Assembly (NCBI GenBank): GCA_013239625.1
Contig: MU053881.1
Coordinates: 15,492,373 to 15,556,372 of the forward strand
Reading direction: 5' to 3'
Origin: Lama guanicoe
Taxonomy: Eukaryota
Length of the DNA stretch: 64,000 nt
Shown here piece by piece: positions 1-12,755 of this stretch (position 1 is its first letter; each line of letters opens with the position of its first letter). The notes beneath the pieces are model-generated. The model was not told the origin of the DNA and searched no databases. It saw only the letters and a program-made list of their open reading frames with translations. The translations under genes were made by a program, and so were the position numbers.

Positions 1-81
1 GCACAGCCTACACGGTGCAGGTTCGAGCAGACACAGTGAGGTGGCAGGGCGTCTGGAGCCAGCCACAGCGCTTCAGCATCG
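1..81 (+). CDS. IL12RB1: IL-12 receptor beta-1, extracellular FNIII exon (5'-truncated by window edge)
   Basis: Frame from nt 3 reads [26 protein letters not shown], matching the membrane-proximal [11 protein letters not shown] of IL12RB1; donor G|GTGAGT at 81/82. Confidence 0.9.
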
Positions 82-955
82 GTGAGTGTATTTACCCAGC
101 ATGCACTTCCCCATCCCAAGTGTCTGCAAGCAGTCCCGCCTGGCCCTCCATCCCTCAGGGCCTCCCCATGCATCCCCCTCAGGAGAAAGCCCCAGCCTGA
201 CCTGCTCCTGCCCCTCGGCTGCAGCTTCCCCTCATGAACCTTCTCTCACACTCCCACGGCCTTGCCCTTGCAGTCTTCTCTACCTGGAATGTTTGGTCCC
301 CTTGTCAAACTCTTACTGATCCTTCAAAACTCACCTCAAAAGCTCTCTCCTCCAGGAGGCCTTCCAGGCTTCCCCCTGGGCAGCCTCTCCCTGCCCCAAC
401 TGTGACTGGCCCTCCTACCTGGCCTGACACTTCGGGATTAGGTGGAAGTTTCTGTCTGGGCTCTGCCTCCCCCAGCCATGGGGATCCTGGGGAGAGGGAG
501 GGAGCAGGGGGTGCTATTTATTGAGCAAATGAATGAGTGAATTTCTCTCATTACAAAGGTAAGGAGGTGGGCTCTGTTGTCTTGGGGTGTGTGGCAGTGA
601 GAGATTTGGAGACCAAATGATCCCTGTTCCTGGCACAGTCCCTGCCTGTTGTCCTGCAGTGAAATCTGGTCCCAGGAGAACCAGTGAGTCAGACTTAGCA
701 TGCGTTGGGCTGGTCTGGGTCCAGGGGAGCAACCACCTGGGCCCAGCGTTCAGGTGCTTGGGGCTACAGTGTCCTGAGAACTTGCTGTGTGCCAGGGCTT
801 TACCTGGAAGTCACAGGGCTGGTGGGGCCCCTGGCCTCCCACTTCACAAAGAAAGAAACTGAGGCACAGAGGGACCTGTGGTGCGGTCAGCAGTGAGTTG
901 ATGGAGGGCTCACCCCTCTCAGCTCCCTCCTCAGCTCAAGCTCTTCTGCCCCCAG

Positions 956-1061
956 AAGTCCAGGTTTCTGAGTTTCCTGACTTGTCCATCCTCCTTGCAT
1001 CTTTGGGGAGCTTCGTGAGCATCCTTCTTCTGGGAGTCTTTGGGTACCTCGGCTTGAACAG
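956..1061 (+). CDS. IL12RB1: IL12RB1 transmembrane exon
   Basis: Acceptor CCCCAG|, donor AG|GTAACT; encodes EVQVSEFPDLSILLASLGSFVSILLLGVFGYLGLNR; phase 1 in, phase 2 out fits the neighbouring exons. Confidence 0.93.
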
Positions 1062-1368
1062 GTAACTTGCACCCTCTCTCCCGAGATGCTCCGTCATAGT
1101 GAAAGTAAAAATAGTGACAACTGCTCACACCAAGTAGGTTTTTATGTCTACTTTAGAGGTGAGGAAACTGAGGGCCAGATACTTAGGCCCAGGGCATCCA
1201 GCAGTAGGAACAGAGCTGGGATTTGAACCCAGGTCTGTAAGACTCCCAAATTCCTGTCCCCTAATCCACATCCTCATCCCCCTTATAACCTAATGGAGAT
1301 GGAAAAAAAAGTCAGAACAATTAAAAAATAACACACAGAAGCATTGACCGGTTCTCTTCCCTCCTCAG

Positions 1369-1450
1369 GGTGATAAGGCACCTGTGCCCACCCCTGCCCA
1401 CACCTTGTGCCAGCACTGCTGTTGAGTTCTCTGGCAGCCAGGGGAAGCAG
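1369..1450 (+). CDS. IL12RB1: IL12RB1 juxtamembrane/Box1 exon
   Basis: Acceptor CTCCTCAG|, donor CAG|GTAAGG; encodes [27 protein letters not shown] with the proline-rich Box1 motif. Confidence 0.93.
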
Positions 1451-1719
1451 GTAAGGGCTCCTTTTCTATTCCAGGTCCTGTTTATTGGATCCTGGACCAG
1501 GGCTCTAAAAAGTAATGGCCATGCATTTACTCATTTTATTCTGATGCACCAATATCCCATTGGTGCAAGGACTCCAAAAACTTGTTCTATTTTATAGACA
1601 GACAAACAGAAATCCAAAGGGGAACCTCCTGTGGGTCATTTCCTAGTAGCCAAAACAGAACTCAAAGTGACCTCCACAAAAGAACCTGACTGGGGGGAAA
1701 AAAAGAATCCCGCAGTGGT

Positions 1720-1985
1720 GGACTTCAGGCATGGCTGAATCCAGGAACTAGAACTCCATTTCTCTGTGATGCTATCCTCCCTGCAGGCTTCTCTCCCAGG
1801 CAGGCTCAGCTTTCTACCCATGGAAGCAGGGTATCCATTTTTTCCATTAACTGGAGCAAAATTCTCAGGGCCATCACTGATTGGCCCAGCTTGGGTCACA
1901 TGCCCATCCCTGAGTCTATCACTAGAACCAGGGGGCTGGAGTGCTCTGATTGGCTGAGCCAGGATCAATTGCCCATTGCTAGAGC
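1720..1985. mobile_element. Old MaLR-type LTR fragment (MLT1-like)
   Basis: ATTGGCCCAGCTTGGGTCACATGCCCATCCCTGA block; a related copy occurs near 24980-25090. Family by recall. Confidence 0.45.
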
Positions 1986-2191
1986 CGGTGTTGGGCTGCT
2001 GCCTTGCCCAACCACATCAACTATGAGAAGGCCAGAGGCAATTTTCCAAAAATGGAGGCCCTTCCAATTGATCCTTGAATTGGTCTCAGGATTGTAGAGA
2101 ATTTAGCCAGAAGGGATCTGGTCCTCTCCACCCTTGTGTGGATGAGAAACAGGGCCCCCCCCATAGCCTTGACCCCACCCTCTCTCTCCAG

Positions 2192-2560
2192 GTTTGGCAG
2201 TGGACTAGCCTGGCAGACTTTCCGGAGGAGGTGTCCCCTCAAGAGGCCCTGGTGGTGAACATGTCCTGGGACAAAGGTGAAGGGGCTGACCTGAACATAC
2301 CCGAGCCCCTCAAGGAGAAGACAGAGCTGCCTCTGGGTGCCCCTGCACTGGACCTGGACCTGGAGCTGCCCTTGGAGGACAGGAGACAAGTGCAAAGATG
2401 CCCCAAGGCTGGGGCTCTGGGGCCTGGCCAGCAGGATGGTCTGGAGGGCAGCCCTGCCCAGGTGGCTGGACTCTCACTGCTCCTGAGAGACCTAAGGCAG
2501 ACCCCCAGGTTTGGTTCCCAAGGAGAAACAGAGAGGAGGTCTTACAGAGAGGAAGACTGA
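2192..2560 (+). CDS. IL12RB1: IL12RB1 terminal cytoplasmic exon (122 aa + TGA)
   Basis: Acceptor CTCTCCAG|; [30 protein letters not shown]...[22 protein letters not shown] resembles the IL12RB1 cytoplasmic region; open to TGA at 2558-2560. The 3' end is less certain than the 5' end. Confidence 0.82.
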   Translation, partial: VWQWTSLADFPEEVSPQEALVVNMSWDKGEGADLNIPEPLKEKTELPLGAPALDLDLELPLEDRRQVQRCPKAGALGPGQQDGLEGSPAQVAGLSLLLRDLRQTPRFGSQGETERRSYREED

Positions 2561-3250
2561 TGATCGCAATCACGACGGCTGGTTATTAAGTGCTTATTAC
2601 GTAGTCAGCCTGTTCCGTCCAGACACTTGTGTGATGCTCTGAATTCCCATAACCTCCTGGAGGTACATGGCTGTCCTATTTACCTATTTCTCTGAGCCTC
2701 AGTGAGGCTCACAGAGGGCAAGTGGCTCGCCTGTGGCCACATAGCATGGGTAGGAGTCAAACCCAGACGGAGTGACTTGGACTCCATTCCCACTCCCTGG
2801 GCTCTGGGGCCACTGCCCCCCACCAACACTCAGTCCAGCCCCTGTTGCCACATGTCCTGTGGTGGGAACCCTAGAAACCGTCATGAAATGAAACGGAAGC
2901 TGCTGTCCCAGGACAGAGCCTGACATCTCTGGGGCAAGACGCTGTCATTGGCCTCTTGAGGTGGGGTGGGATAGACTGGGGGGCCCAAAGGGGCTCAGGC
3001 TGATTCCAGGGTCTTGGGCTGGGCATCCTGTCCCAGAAGCATTGGATGGGGAATCTAGGTGCAGAGTTCCCCGCTACACTGCAGGTTCTCCAGACTTAGA
3101 GGATCTAGCTGTGGGGAAAAGAATGAGGCTTTAAGCATTCTGAGAGAGGCGATGGCTCCTCTCTGGCCTCAGTTTTCTCCCCTGTAAAATTGGGATGATA
3201 ATAATGTTGACCTCACAGAGTTGCTGAGGGTGGAATTGTGTCTAAAGGTT

Positions 3251-3256
3251 AATAAA
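3251..3256 (+). terminator. Candidate polyadenylation signal of IL12RB1
   Basis: AATAAA about 690 nt downstream of the stop codon. Confidence 0.5.
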
Positions 3257-3691
3257 CAGTGCCTTTCCCCTGACTGAAGCCTGAATGGCCTGCTCAAAAT
3301 TCCCCATTAGGAGCCTGAGAATTCATTCATTCATTGCACACACATTTATTAAGCTCTCTCTCTGGGTGCCCCCAGAACATCCAATCTGTGGGAGACAGAA
3401 CTACATGATCACTCGGAACTCTGCAAAGTTAGGACTGGGAGGCAGGGTTGGGGGAGTGGACATAGCTGGGACAGGGACTGGGGCTGAGTCCCCTCACAGC
3501 AGGAGACTTGGTTGTCTCCCTAGCCCCGCCCCTCCGCCCAGGGCTCAGGCAAGGACCTGGGGTTCTTCCCTCGTCCTAACACCCAAAGCCCCGCAGCAGA
3601 ATCCGTGGCCCTCGTACATTATACACACCCTGAATCCGCCTGCCTCCTGTACCCTCCCCGCCAGACCTCCCCTTGTTCGGATTCCCTGCCA

Positions 3692-3710
3692 TGGCCACCA
3701 GGTGGCAGCA
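3692..3710 (+). promoter_or_regulatory. CTCF binding motif
   Basis: TGGCCACCAGGTGGCAGCA, near-consensus CTCF core in a small CpG-rich patch (3540-3860). Confidence 0.7.
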
Positions 3711-5298
3711 GCGGCGCGTGTCTACCTGGCCCAGCCCGCCCAGCCCCCTCCCGCCTGCCGCGGAGTTTGAAAAACAGACTTTTCCGGTTTTAAATGCCGG
3801 CGAGAGTGCGGGGTGGAGATTAAAACCCAGAACCACTCAATTGTGCGGCAAAAAGTGATGAGGCCTCTGGGTGAGGGAGGTCTGGTTGGTAGAGCCGGGA
3901 AGCTAGAGGTTCAGGCCCCTCCCCTTTGGGGGCCTCAGTTTTCCCACCTATGTGTCTAGATCGGGAAAGAAGACTTGGCCCCCAGAGCTCCGTGGCTGCT
4001 CACTGTTCTGCGCATGCTCCCTCCCTTGGATTTGCCACCTCTCAGCTCTTGCTCAAGCCCTGCCCTCTACCAGATAAGCCCTCCCTTAAGGATCAGGCCT
4101 CCTCATTCCTTAGGCCTGGGCACCAGCCTGAAGGGGAGGCCTGGACAGTGGCAGGGCCAAATGGATAGAAAGAAGAGGATGCTGGGTCAGTGATCTCATG
4201 AGAAAGACCACAGTGACCTGACCCCAGGGGCTCAGAGCTACCCACCTCCAGTCCAGAATCCTACGCACACATGCACAGTGGAGACTCTAAGGAGCTAAAT
4301 GCCCCCCGTGCTGGCCGTTAGAGTTTTGGGTCCACCAGCAGCACAGGACCCAGTTAGTGGCCCTTCGAGCTGGCAAGTTTATCCACAGGCACAGCACCTG
4401 GGTGAAAGGAGTAGGAATTTGATTTTTATTAACCACCACCAGAAATTCTTGCTAAAATGAATGGGGAGAATGTACACCTTTCTTCTACACAGGGAAGGCT
4501 GAGCATGCCTGGAAGAGAAGCTTACAGAGAGAACAGAAGCACAGAGAGTTGGCATCTTAGTTCCTGGATCCAGCCAAGCCTGAAGCTCGCCATACTGGTT
4601 CTCTTTTCTTTAAAGCCACTTGAAGTCTGTTTCGGCTGCTGGAAAATGACCCACAGGAGGTTCCTCTCTGGGCTTCTACTTGCCCATCTATATGATAGGA
4701 AAGGGTTCAGGGCACTGGTCTGAATGCTCAATGGGTTGGGCAACCCTGCTTAGCAGAGCCCTGTCCCAGTGTTTACTGAGCACCTGCTATGAACTTATTA
4801 TTCTGAGGCTCCTCTGAGTGTTGATCTCTCAGATCCTTCCAGTTGCTCCAGGAATCAGGACTGTGGTAGACCCCTTTTCACAGCTTCATTCATTCATTGA
4901 TTCAGGAAATCAATGTTGAGCACCTACTCCATACCAATTCCTGTCCCACGCAGGTCAGAATTGGTCCAGCCATGAGGCGCTCCTGGTTGGGTGAGGAAGG
5001 CAGATGCTAATCTAATCACCACAAAGAGAATTATAATAAACCTGGGAGAGTGACAAATGACAGTATGAAAAACAGGAGTGAGGGAGGGCTTCCTGAAAGA
5101 GGTGGTAATGAGGGCCAAGATGGTGAAGAAAGACCAGAACAGCGAGAGCAAAAGTCCTGTGGCAGATGTGGTCGGTGGGGAGTAGGTGAGGAGGGATAGA
5201 GGACACAGCCCACAGGGGCTTGAGAACCTAGGAGGTTTGTTCTTGGGCTGGTGGGAGATGGAAGTGGAAGTTCTGGAGCAGGGGAGTTAGAGACTTGA

Positions 5299-6050
5299 TT
5301 TTTTAAAAAATTATAGTCAATATACAATGTTGTCTTAATATCTGTGTACAGCATAGTGATTTAGTTATACATATATATGTATATATGTGTATTTATATGT
5401 ATGTATGTATGTCCATTTCATATTCTTTTCCATTATTGGCTATTACAAGGTATTGAATATAGTTCCCTGTGCTATGCAGTAGGACCTTGTTGTTTATCTA
5501 TTTTATATACAGTAGTTAGTATCTGCAAATCCTGAACTCCCAATTTATCCCTCCCCACCCCATCCCCCCCTGGTAACCTTAAGTTTGTTTTCTATGCCTG
5601 TGAGCCTGTTTGTTTTGTAAATAAGTTCACTTGTGTGATTTTTTTAGATTCTACATAAAAGTAATATCATATGATATTTTTCTTTTTCTTTCAGGCTTAC
5701 TTCATTTAGTATGATGATCTCCAGGTCCATCCATGTTGCTGTGAATGGCATTATTTCATTCTTTTTTATGGCTGAGTAGTATTCCACTGTATCAATATAT
5801 CACAAGTTCTTTATCCAGTCATCTGTTTATGGACATTTAGGTCGCTTCCATGTCTTGGTTATTGTAAATAGTGCTGTTATGAACATTGGGGTGCACGTAT
5901 CTTTTTGAATTAAAGTTTCCTCTGGGTACCTGCCCAGGAATGGGATTGCTGGATCATATGGTAATTCCATTTTTAATTTTGTTTTCCACAGTGGTTGCAC
6001 CAAATTACATTCCCACAGACGGGGTTCCCTTTTCTCCACACCTTCTCCAG
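5299..6050 (-). mobile_element. LINE-1 3' end (5'-truncated)
   Basis: Antisense L1 3'UTR (ATAGTTCCCTGTGCTAT..AGTAGGACCTTGTTG) continuing into ORF2 C-terminus-like ELPYDPAIPFLGRYPEETLIQKDTCTPMFITALFTI. Confidence 0.85.
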
Positions 6051-6539
6051 GAGACCTGACTTGTGAATTGTTCAAAGATTCTTCCTGCTGTGGTTCAGCC
6101 CTGGTTAAGCCTGGCTGGCCTCAGTATTCCAGTCTGTAAAATGGGTAAGGTGGCTTCTCCAGAGCCCTTGCACTCTTTATCACCTCCTCTCCTCTGTCTC
6201 TTTCTCCCTTGGTATGACTCTCTCTTACATTGTGGTTCCTACCATGAGTCAGGATGCGTGTCTCCATCAGTGAGACAGGCTGCCTCAGTTTACCTTCCTA
6301 GATACCTCCCTCTTCTATCTCTGCAGCAGCCTCTGGGTAGTTTGGTCAGAAAGAGATGTCATCCCTGCCTCTTCCCTTGAACTGGGATAGGGTTGGAGTA
6401 TCAGGGGCCTCTGGGGACCATGGCCACAGGAGATGACACAGAACAGCCCTGGCCTGGCCTGTGCCCTGCAGATGCCAGGCCCTTGGCTTGAAGTAAAATG
6501 CCCTTCCCTTAACTGTGCACCTTTGCCCACTGCTCCTTT

Positions 6540-7940
6540 TTTTTTTTTTAAGATATATTAACATACCATACTATTCACCTTTTTTTTTCTTTTTGCTGTT
6601 CTAATTGGGTGATTTCTACTATTCTGTCTTTCAGACTGCTTATTCATTCTTCTGTATCATCTAACCTGCTGTTTTTTTAAAAAAAATGTTTATTTATTTA
6701 TTGTGGTTTTTTGGGGGGGTGAAGTGGAAGATAATTAGGTTTATTTATTTATTTATTTTAATGGAGTTACTGGGGACTGAACCCAGGACTTTGTGCATGC
6801 TAAGCATGTGCTTTACCACTGAGCTATAGCCTCCCCACCCCATTCACCCTTTTAAAGTGAACAATTCAATGGCATTTAGTTCATTCACAATGTTGTGCAA
6901 CCAGCGTTACTATCTTATTCCAGAACACTTCCATCATCCCAAAAGGAACTCAGTTCCCAGGAGCAGGCCCTCCCCATCCCTCTCCCTCAGCCCCTGGCAA
7001 CCACTAATCTGCTTTCTGTCTGTGGATTGATCTGTTCTGGACATTTCATATAAGTAGAATCATATATGTGGCCTTTTATGAAAGACACTCAGCATTATGT
7101 TGCCTTTTTTTTTAACTGAAGTATAGTCAGTTTACAATGTGTCAGTCTCTGGTGTATAATGCATGATGTTTTTGAGGTTCATCCATGTTGTAGCACATAT
7201 CAGAGCTGAGTAATCTTCCATTGTACGGATGGACCACGTTTTGTTTATCCATTCATCTATTAATGGACAGTTGGGTTGTTTCCATCTTTAGGCGATTGTG
7301 ACTACTGCTGCTATGAACACTGTGTACAATGTGTACAAGCTTTGGTGTGAACACCTGTTTTCAATTCTCTTGGTATATAACTAGGAGTAGAATTGTTTGG
7401 TCATACTGTAATTCTATGTTTAAATTATAGAGAAACTTGTTTTCCAAATTGTTTTCCAAATTGCCTACACAATTTACATTCCCATCAACAGTGTGTGAGG
7501 ACTCCAATTTCCCTATATCCTCATCAACACCTGCTATTCACCCCCCCATTTTTTTTTTTTGAGTCTAACCATCCTAGTGGGTGTGAGGTGGTACCTCACT
7601 ATGGCCTGATTTGCCTTTCCCTGATGACTAATAATGTCGAGCATCTTTTCATGTGTTTATGGGCCATTAGTACATCTTGGGAGAAATGTTCATCCAAATC
7701 CTTGGTTCATTTTCCATTGGGTTATTTATCTGTTCATTAATCAATTGTGAGAGTTCTTTATATATTCTGGATATTAATCTCTCGTCAGCTGTGTAATTGT
7801 AAATATTTTCTCCCATTCGGTGGGTCGTCTTTTCCTTCTAAGTGTCCTTTGTCAAAGAAAAGTTTTGAATTTGATGCAGCCCAATTTATGTATTTTCCTT
7901 TACTTGCTTGTGCTTTGGGTGTCACATCTAAGAGTTCTCC
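6540..7940 (-). mobile_element. Older LINE-1 fragment with nested SINE and L1 tip
   Basis: Antisense L1 ORF2-end/3'UTR motifs (CATTCCCATCAACAGTG, GAGCATCTTTTCATGTG); interrupted at about 6690-6836 and 7105-7160. Confidence 0.75.
6690..6836 (-). mobile_element. tRNA-derived SINE (camelid-type)
   Basis: Reverse complement begins GGGGAGGCTATAGCTCAGTGGTAAAGC...GGTTCAGTCCCCAG (A and B boxes) followed by an AT-rich tail. Confidence 0.8.
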
Positions 7941-8129
7941 TTGTCTTTGATGTCCTCTGTTGCAGGAATCTCTCCCCATCCTCCCTGTCACCAGCCTCTC
8001 CCCCTGGCTGGCCCTGACCCACCCCCTTACCCCACCAACTCGGTCTGGACATCTGCGTCCTACCCTGTCCCCGCACTGGGAGGCCTCTTCGGGCAGGCAC
8101 CCGGCAGCTGCCATCAATGTTTAATAACA

Positions 8130-8560
8130 GAGCGCTCGGAACCTTGGCAGGGACGCGGGAAACCCCGCCCGGAGGCCACCGCCCCTTGGCCACACCGAGC
8201 GACGCGCCCCCTCCTCCCCGCGCCGCCGGTGGCCACGCGTGGGGGCCACGACCACGCAGGGTCCCACTTTCCAGGTGGGGGAACCAAGATACGGAGGGGG
8301 CGGGGGGGCAGGGCCCTGCCTGTTCCCTGTGTTGGGACGATGGCGGAGGTCGCGCCCCGAGCTCTCCCCACCCGGGCCCGGAGCTGCTTCTGGCTCCCGT
8401 CCCCGCCCTCGGCTGACCCTGCCCGGCGGGAACCGCCTGCGGGCATGGCGGTTCCTGCCGAAACCAAAACGCCCAGGAGGAGAGAAGAAAAACACTCTGC
8501 AGGCGGGCGGGCTGGGATGGGGATGGGGACGGGGAGAGGCTGGCGCGGGAGGAGGGGCAG
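8130..8560. promoter_or_regulatory. Orphan CpG-rich island, candidate promoter/enhancer
   Basis: Dense CpG, GC boxes (GGGGCGGGG, CCCCGCCC) and a YY1-like GATGGCGG; no recognised exon attached. Confidence 0.55.
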
Positions 8561-8924
8561 GTTTCTCCTCCACCAGCCGTGGTGTGCCTTTCGGTGAGGG
8601 GCTGGACGGATGCGTGTCACAGAGTCGGTGCACAAATGTCTCCTGGCTTTGCCGCCAGCTAGCTGTGCAGCCTGGGGCTCTCCAGCCTCAGTCTCCCTAT
8701 CGGTGGAATGGGGGTAGTTAACTCTCCTTGGGGGCTGTGAGACGCGAATAGGGTGCCTGGCTCCGGAGGCTCCCACCTTAGGGAGCTGTGTCTCTAAAAA
8801 CATCTTCAATAACACTGATGTCTCCTTTTGCTCAAGAGCACGCAGAAATTTGTTCCAGGAGGGGCTCCTCCCGCTGCTCTTGCATTCCCAGCTCCCCAGG
8901 ATCTGCTAGGTTGTGTGGAGCTAT

Positions 8925-9155
8925 GTCTCTCTGATTGGCCCCTGCATCTCTTTTGTCTGTCTGCCTCTCCTTCTATCCTGTTTCCCTCTCTTTCTCTTCT
9001 GTCTCGTGTCTCCCTGTCTATTTCTGTCCATCCCACGCCTCTTTCTCTCTCTGCCCCTCCCTACCACTCTTGACGTGTCTGTTTCATTTCTCTCCCTATC
9101 TTTCTGTCTCACCCTATCTCTCTGTCTCTCACTGCCTCTGACTCTCCCTCAACTC
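8925..9155 (+). repeat. CT-rich low-complexity tract
   Basis: Degenerate (CT)n/(CTGT)n. Confidence 0.7.
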
Positions 9156-9423
9156 TGCTCCAGATCTAGACTAGGTCTGTGTCAGCCGGGTCAGCTCAGG
9201 CCTGGCCAGTGTCTTAAAGTCCAGATTTCCTGTAACAAGCCAAGATCCTAATCTCCCCCGAGTGCCCCTTTTATGTCCTCAGAGTCCAGCTCCAGGCGAC
9301 CTAGGGGACTCACCTGCTGCCTGGAAGACCAAAACCACATAAGAATCCCTCTCTAACCCTGAAACTCAGCAGCTCAAAACCCATAGACACAGGGGTCAGC
9401 TCTGATTTTTTTAAAAATTCTTC

Positions 9424-9590
9424 TTTTTTCAATCGAAGTGTAGTTGATTTACAATGTTAGTTTCAGGTGTACAGCAAAGCGATTCAGTTATGTATATGCA
9501 TACACATATACATATATTTTCAGATTCTTTTCCATTACAGCTCATTACAGGAAATTGAATATAGTTCCCTGAGCTATATACAGTAGTCCT
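9424..9590 (-). mobile_element. LINE-1 3' tip
   Basis: GAAGTGTAGTTGATTTACAATGTTAGTTTCAGGTGTACAGC...ATAGTTCCCTGAGCTATA, same family as 5299-6050. Confidence 0.75.
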
Positions 9591-12500
9591 TGCGCTCCAA
9601 TTTGTTTTTCTTTCTTTCTTTTTTGTTTGTTTTTCCTCTCTTTTTTTCTTTTTATGTATTTTTGTGTGTTTGCTTTTTTTTTCCCTGGCCGTGCTGTGTT
9701 TTGATGGGGAAACTAAGGCCTGTATCATGCAGAGTCTTGTCCAGAGCCCCCAGCTTCAGTGCCATCACTGGTCACCCTGGTCCAACCAACAGGCTCTGTG
9801 GCTCTCAGGCTGCCCTCCAACCTACCCCCGCACCCCACCCCCGAAGGCTGGACCCATAAATGGTCACTGCAGATGGTTCCACCCAGACAAGCTGGGCGGA
9901 GACACCCTCACCTCCCAGAGCTGGTTTCCCAAGGGCAGGTTTGGCGGGTGGCCCAGGCTGTGTCCCAGTGGCATTGGCAGCTGCCTGGTGCCAGCTGGGA
10001 ATGGGGACCCGAGGGTGGGGTCTGAGGCGAGGCCTCAGTCCCAGGGAGTCTCTGGGGTTAGGAAGCCCCACAGTGTCCCCTCCCTCTCCTCACTTTCATC
10101 ATGGTAAGGGGGGCAGGGAGGAAATTTCTGGGCTTCTCACAGGCCGAGGGTCCTTTCTTCAGGAAACACCCCACCCCTCACAAACTGCCTCCAAACCTCT
10201 AGGGATCCCCAGTTCTGAGTACCTTCCTCTGGCCCAATCTTGACTCTATGAAGCTGGAGGTATCTTATTGGGCCCAGACCCCCCTAAGTTGGACATCTCT
10301 CCACACAAGGCAGACACCTGAAGGTAGCCAGGAATGAGTGAACAAGCGAGTGAACAAACACGAGATATACCTGCATCCTAGAACCACAGAAACTAAAGCC
10401 AGAAACATCGAAATTGGAATTTTTAGCATACCCCTGGGGGGCTTCCACCCCTGCCTGCATCTAAAGCCAGGGACTGAACAATACATTCCAGGGTGCGACA
10501 TTTGATGATGTGTGTCCCTCCCCCCAGACAGAATGCGGCTCTGGTGCCCAACGTCCAGGGTTCACATCTTGCCTCTGCCACTCATTGGCCTGAATGACCA
10601 CTTCATCTCTCAGAGCCTCAGTTTTCCCATCTGTAAAACAGGGATGATGCCCTGGCCTTGGGGCTGTTGTGGGAGTAAATGAATCTGTGTGAAGCTAGGT
10701 CAAGCCTAATTTTAACTGTGAGTGGTGAGCCTCCTCCCTCTGACAAGGATTGAAATTAGAGAGAGAAAATCAAAGAAAGATAGAAGGAGATTAGCTTCAT
10801 CAGGAGATAGCTGACTGCCCTGGTCAAGGAAAAGTCAAGGCCAAAGTCTTCCTTGGGGCTGCAAGGCCAGGCTGGCCTTGCTGCTCCTACTTTCCCCTCT
10901 TAACCTTGCTCAGACCACATTGGCCTCCTTAAAGTGCCTTCAACAAGTCTGCCACTTTCCTGCCTCAGGGACTTTGCACAAGCTGTGCCTCCACTGGAGA
11001 CCACCTTGCCCCAAGACACCCAGATGTTTCCCCTGCCTCCTTCAGGTCTCAGCTCAAAGTCCACTCCTGCCCACATGCCCTTTCTTCCTCTCCTACCATC
11101 AGGAGTCTAGATTTTGTTCACAGCAGGGTCAAGTCAATGAGCTCACAAATAATCACACTGATAGTGAATCATTTATCAGATGCCTACTGTGTGCCAGGCC
11201 CTGGGCTGGGTGGCTGGGGACATAGCTGGGGATAATTGAGACATCCCTGCCCTTGTGGCACTCATGATCTGGGGGCCAGGAGGGAGATGGGCAGTACAGA
11301 TAATGTGGGACACACAACCAGATGTGACAGAGGAAGGGTCTTTCCCAATATGTAGTCACAGAGGCCCTCCTGGAAGAGGTAGCACTGGGGCCCAGGGCCA
11401 GAATGAGCCAAGGGAGAGAGCAGGAGGTGTGGGTGAGAAGGTTCCAGGCAGAAACAAGAGCTCCAACTTGGAAATGAGCTTGTTTGCCAGGAGGTAGTGG
11501 AGGGAGATGATGGGGGGAGGGCAGCAGGGCTGGACCCCATGGGGCCTTAGGGGAGGGTGATGGCCTCCAACTTAGAAACAGTTCAGCACCCTGGGAGGAT
11601 GTCTAGGCAGATGATAGGACTTGATTTATGTCTCCCAAGGGAAGGACATGACCACATGCGGTCACTCTGGTGGCTGCGTGTTTCTCACTAGTTCACAGAT
11701 GGAGAACCTGAGGCTCAGAGAGTCTCAGATGGAGAACCTGAGTCATTCACTCAGCATCCCCAAGTCCAATGTGTCCTGCTGGGAGCCTGAAATCTCCACC
11801 CGCACCCCCATCCCGGGCACACATTCCATGCGCCCACTTGCAGATGGGGAAACTGAAGCACAGAGGCACTGGCACTCCCCAAGATCCCCCAGGAACAGCC
11901 TTCAGCCCCCTCCCCGTTCTCTGCCCTTCTCCCGCGGCGTCACTGGGGGACTTTCTCACAGGGCGGAAGCAGCAGCCCTGGTTTCACAAGTGGGTGACTA
12001 AGGCCGCAGGTCCGGTTTTGATTTGCAAATAGCGTCCGGCTCCAACCGCCTGTTGCTGCCTTCTGGACTGTGTCTGTGCTTAAGAGGAAAAGGCTGGACA
12101 CAACGTGCTGGCTGGGGAGGCAGGGCGCCCCCGGGGCCACGGGAGAGTTGGGGTCCGGGGTCTGAGATTGCACTGAGCCCTCCTCACTGTTAGCTTCCAT
12201 CACTCATTCAGTCAACAGCCAATGCTTAATTCATGCTTTATGCTTTGTGCTTTAGCACATTTTATTCTCCCAGGGAACTTATATTAAGTGCATACCAGAT
12301 CGTGTGTCAGGTATTTACTCACTGAATCATCCCAGCAGTCCTATGAGGCACTGCATGAGTTTCCAGGGAATGCTATAACAGATGACGATAATCCTGGTGC
12401 TTAATACAACAAAAACATACTCTTCTGGCTTCTGGTGGCAGCTAGTGACCCTTGGTTGTTCCTTGGTTTGTAGTCAAATCACTCCAGTCTCTGCCTCCGC

Positions 12501-12755
12501 CAGAGAACTGAGGAACAGAGAGGTCAAGTCACTGATCTGAAGGGCTAGGACTTAAACCCCAGCCTGCTGGAGCCTAGATCTACGCACTTCTCTGCTCTGG
12601 AATCACCTCCAGTCTGCTGTGTGCTAGGTCCTTGCCAGGAGCAGTGGACACAGAAAGGAACAAGAATTCCAGCATTAGGAATGTGGCTTTTGAACCTCAG
12701 GCTGATGACTGTTCTGTTTATTAGGTTATGATCTTAGGATCAAGGGTCTCCCCTA

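Noticed and set aside
7941..8815. Long overlapping ORFs (218 and 233 aa) on both strands
   Set aside because: Stop-poor GC-rich island; no recognisable domain and no convincing exon structure.
11582..11602. REST/RE1 site (TTCAGCACC)
   Set aside because: Only the left half matches; the GGACAGC half is missing.
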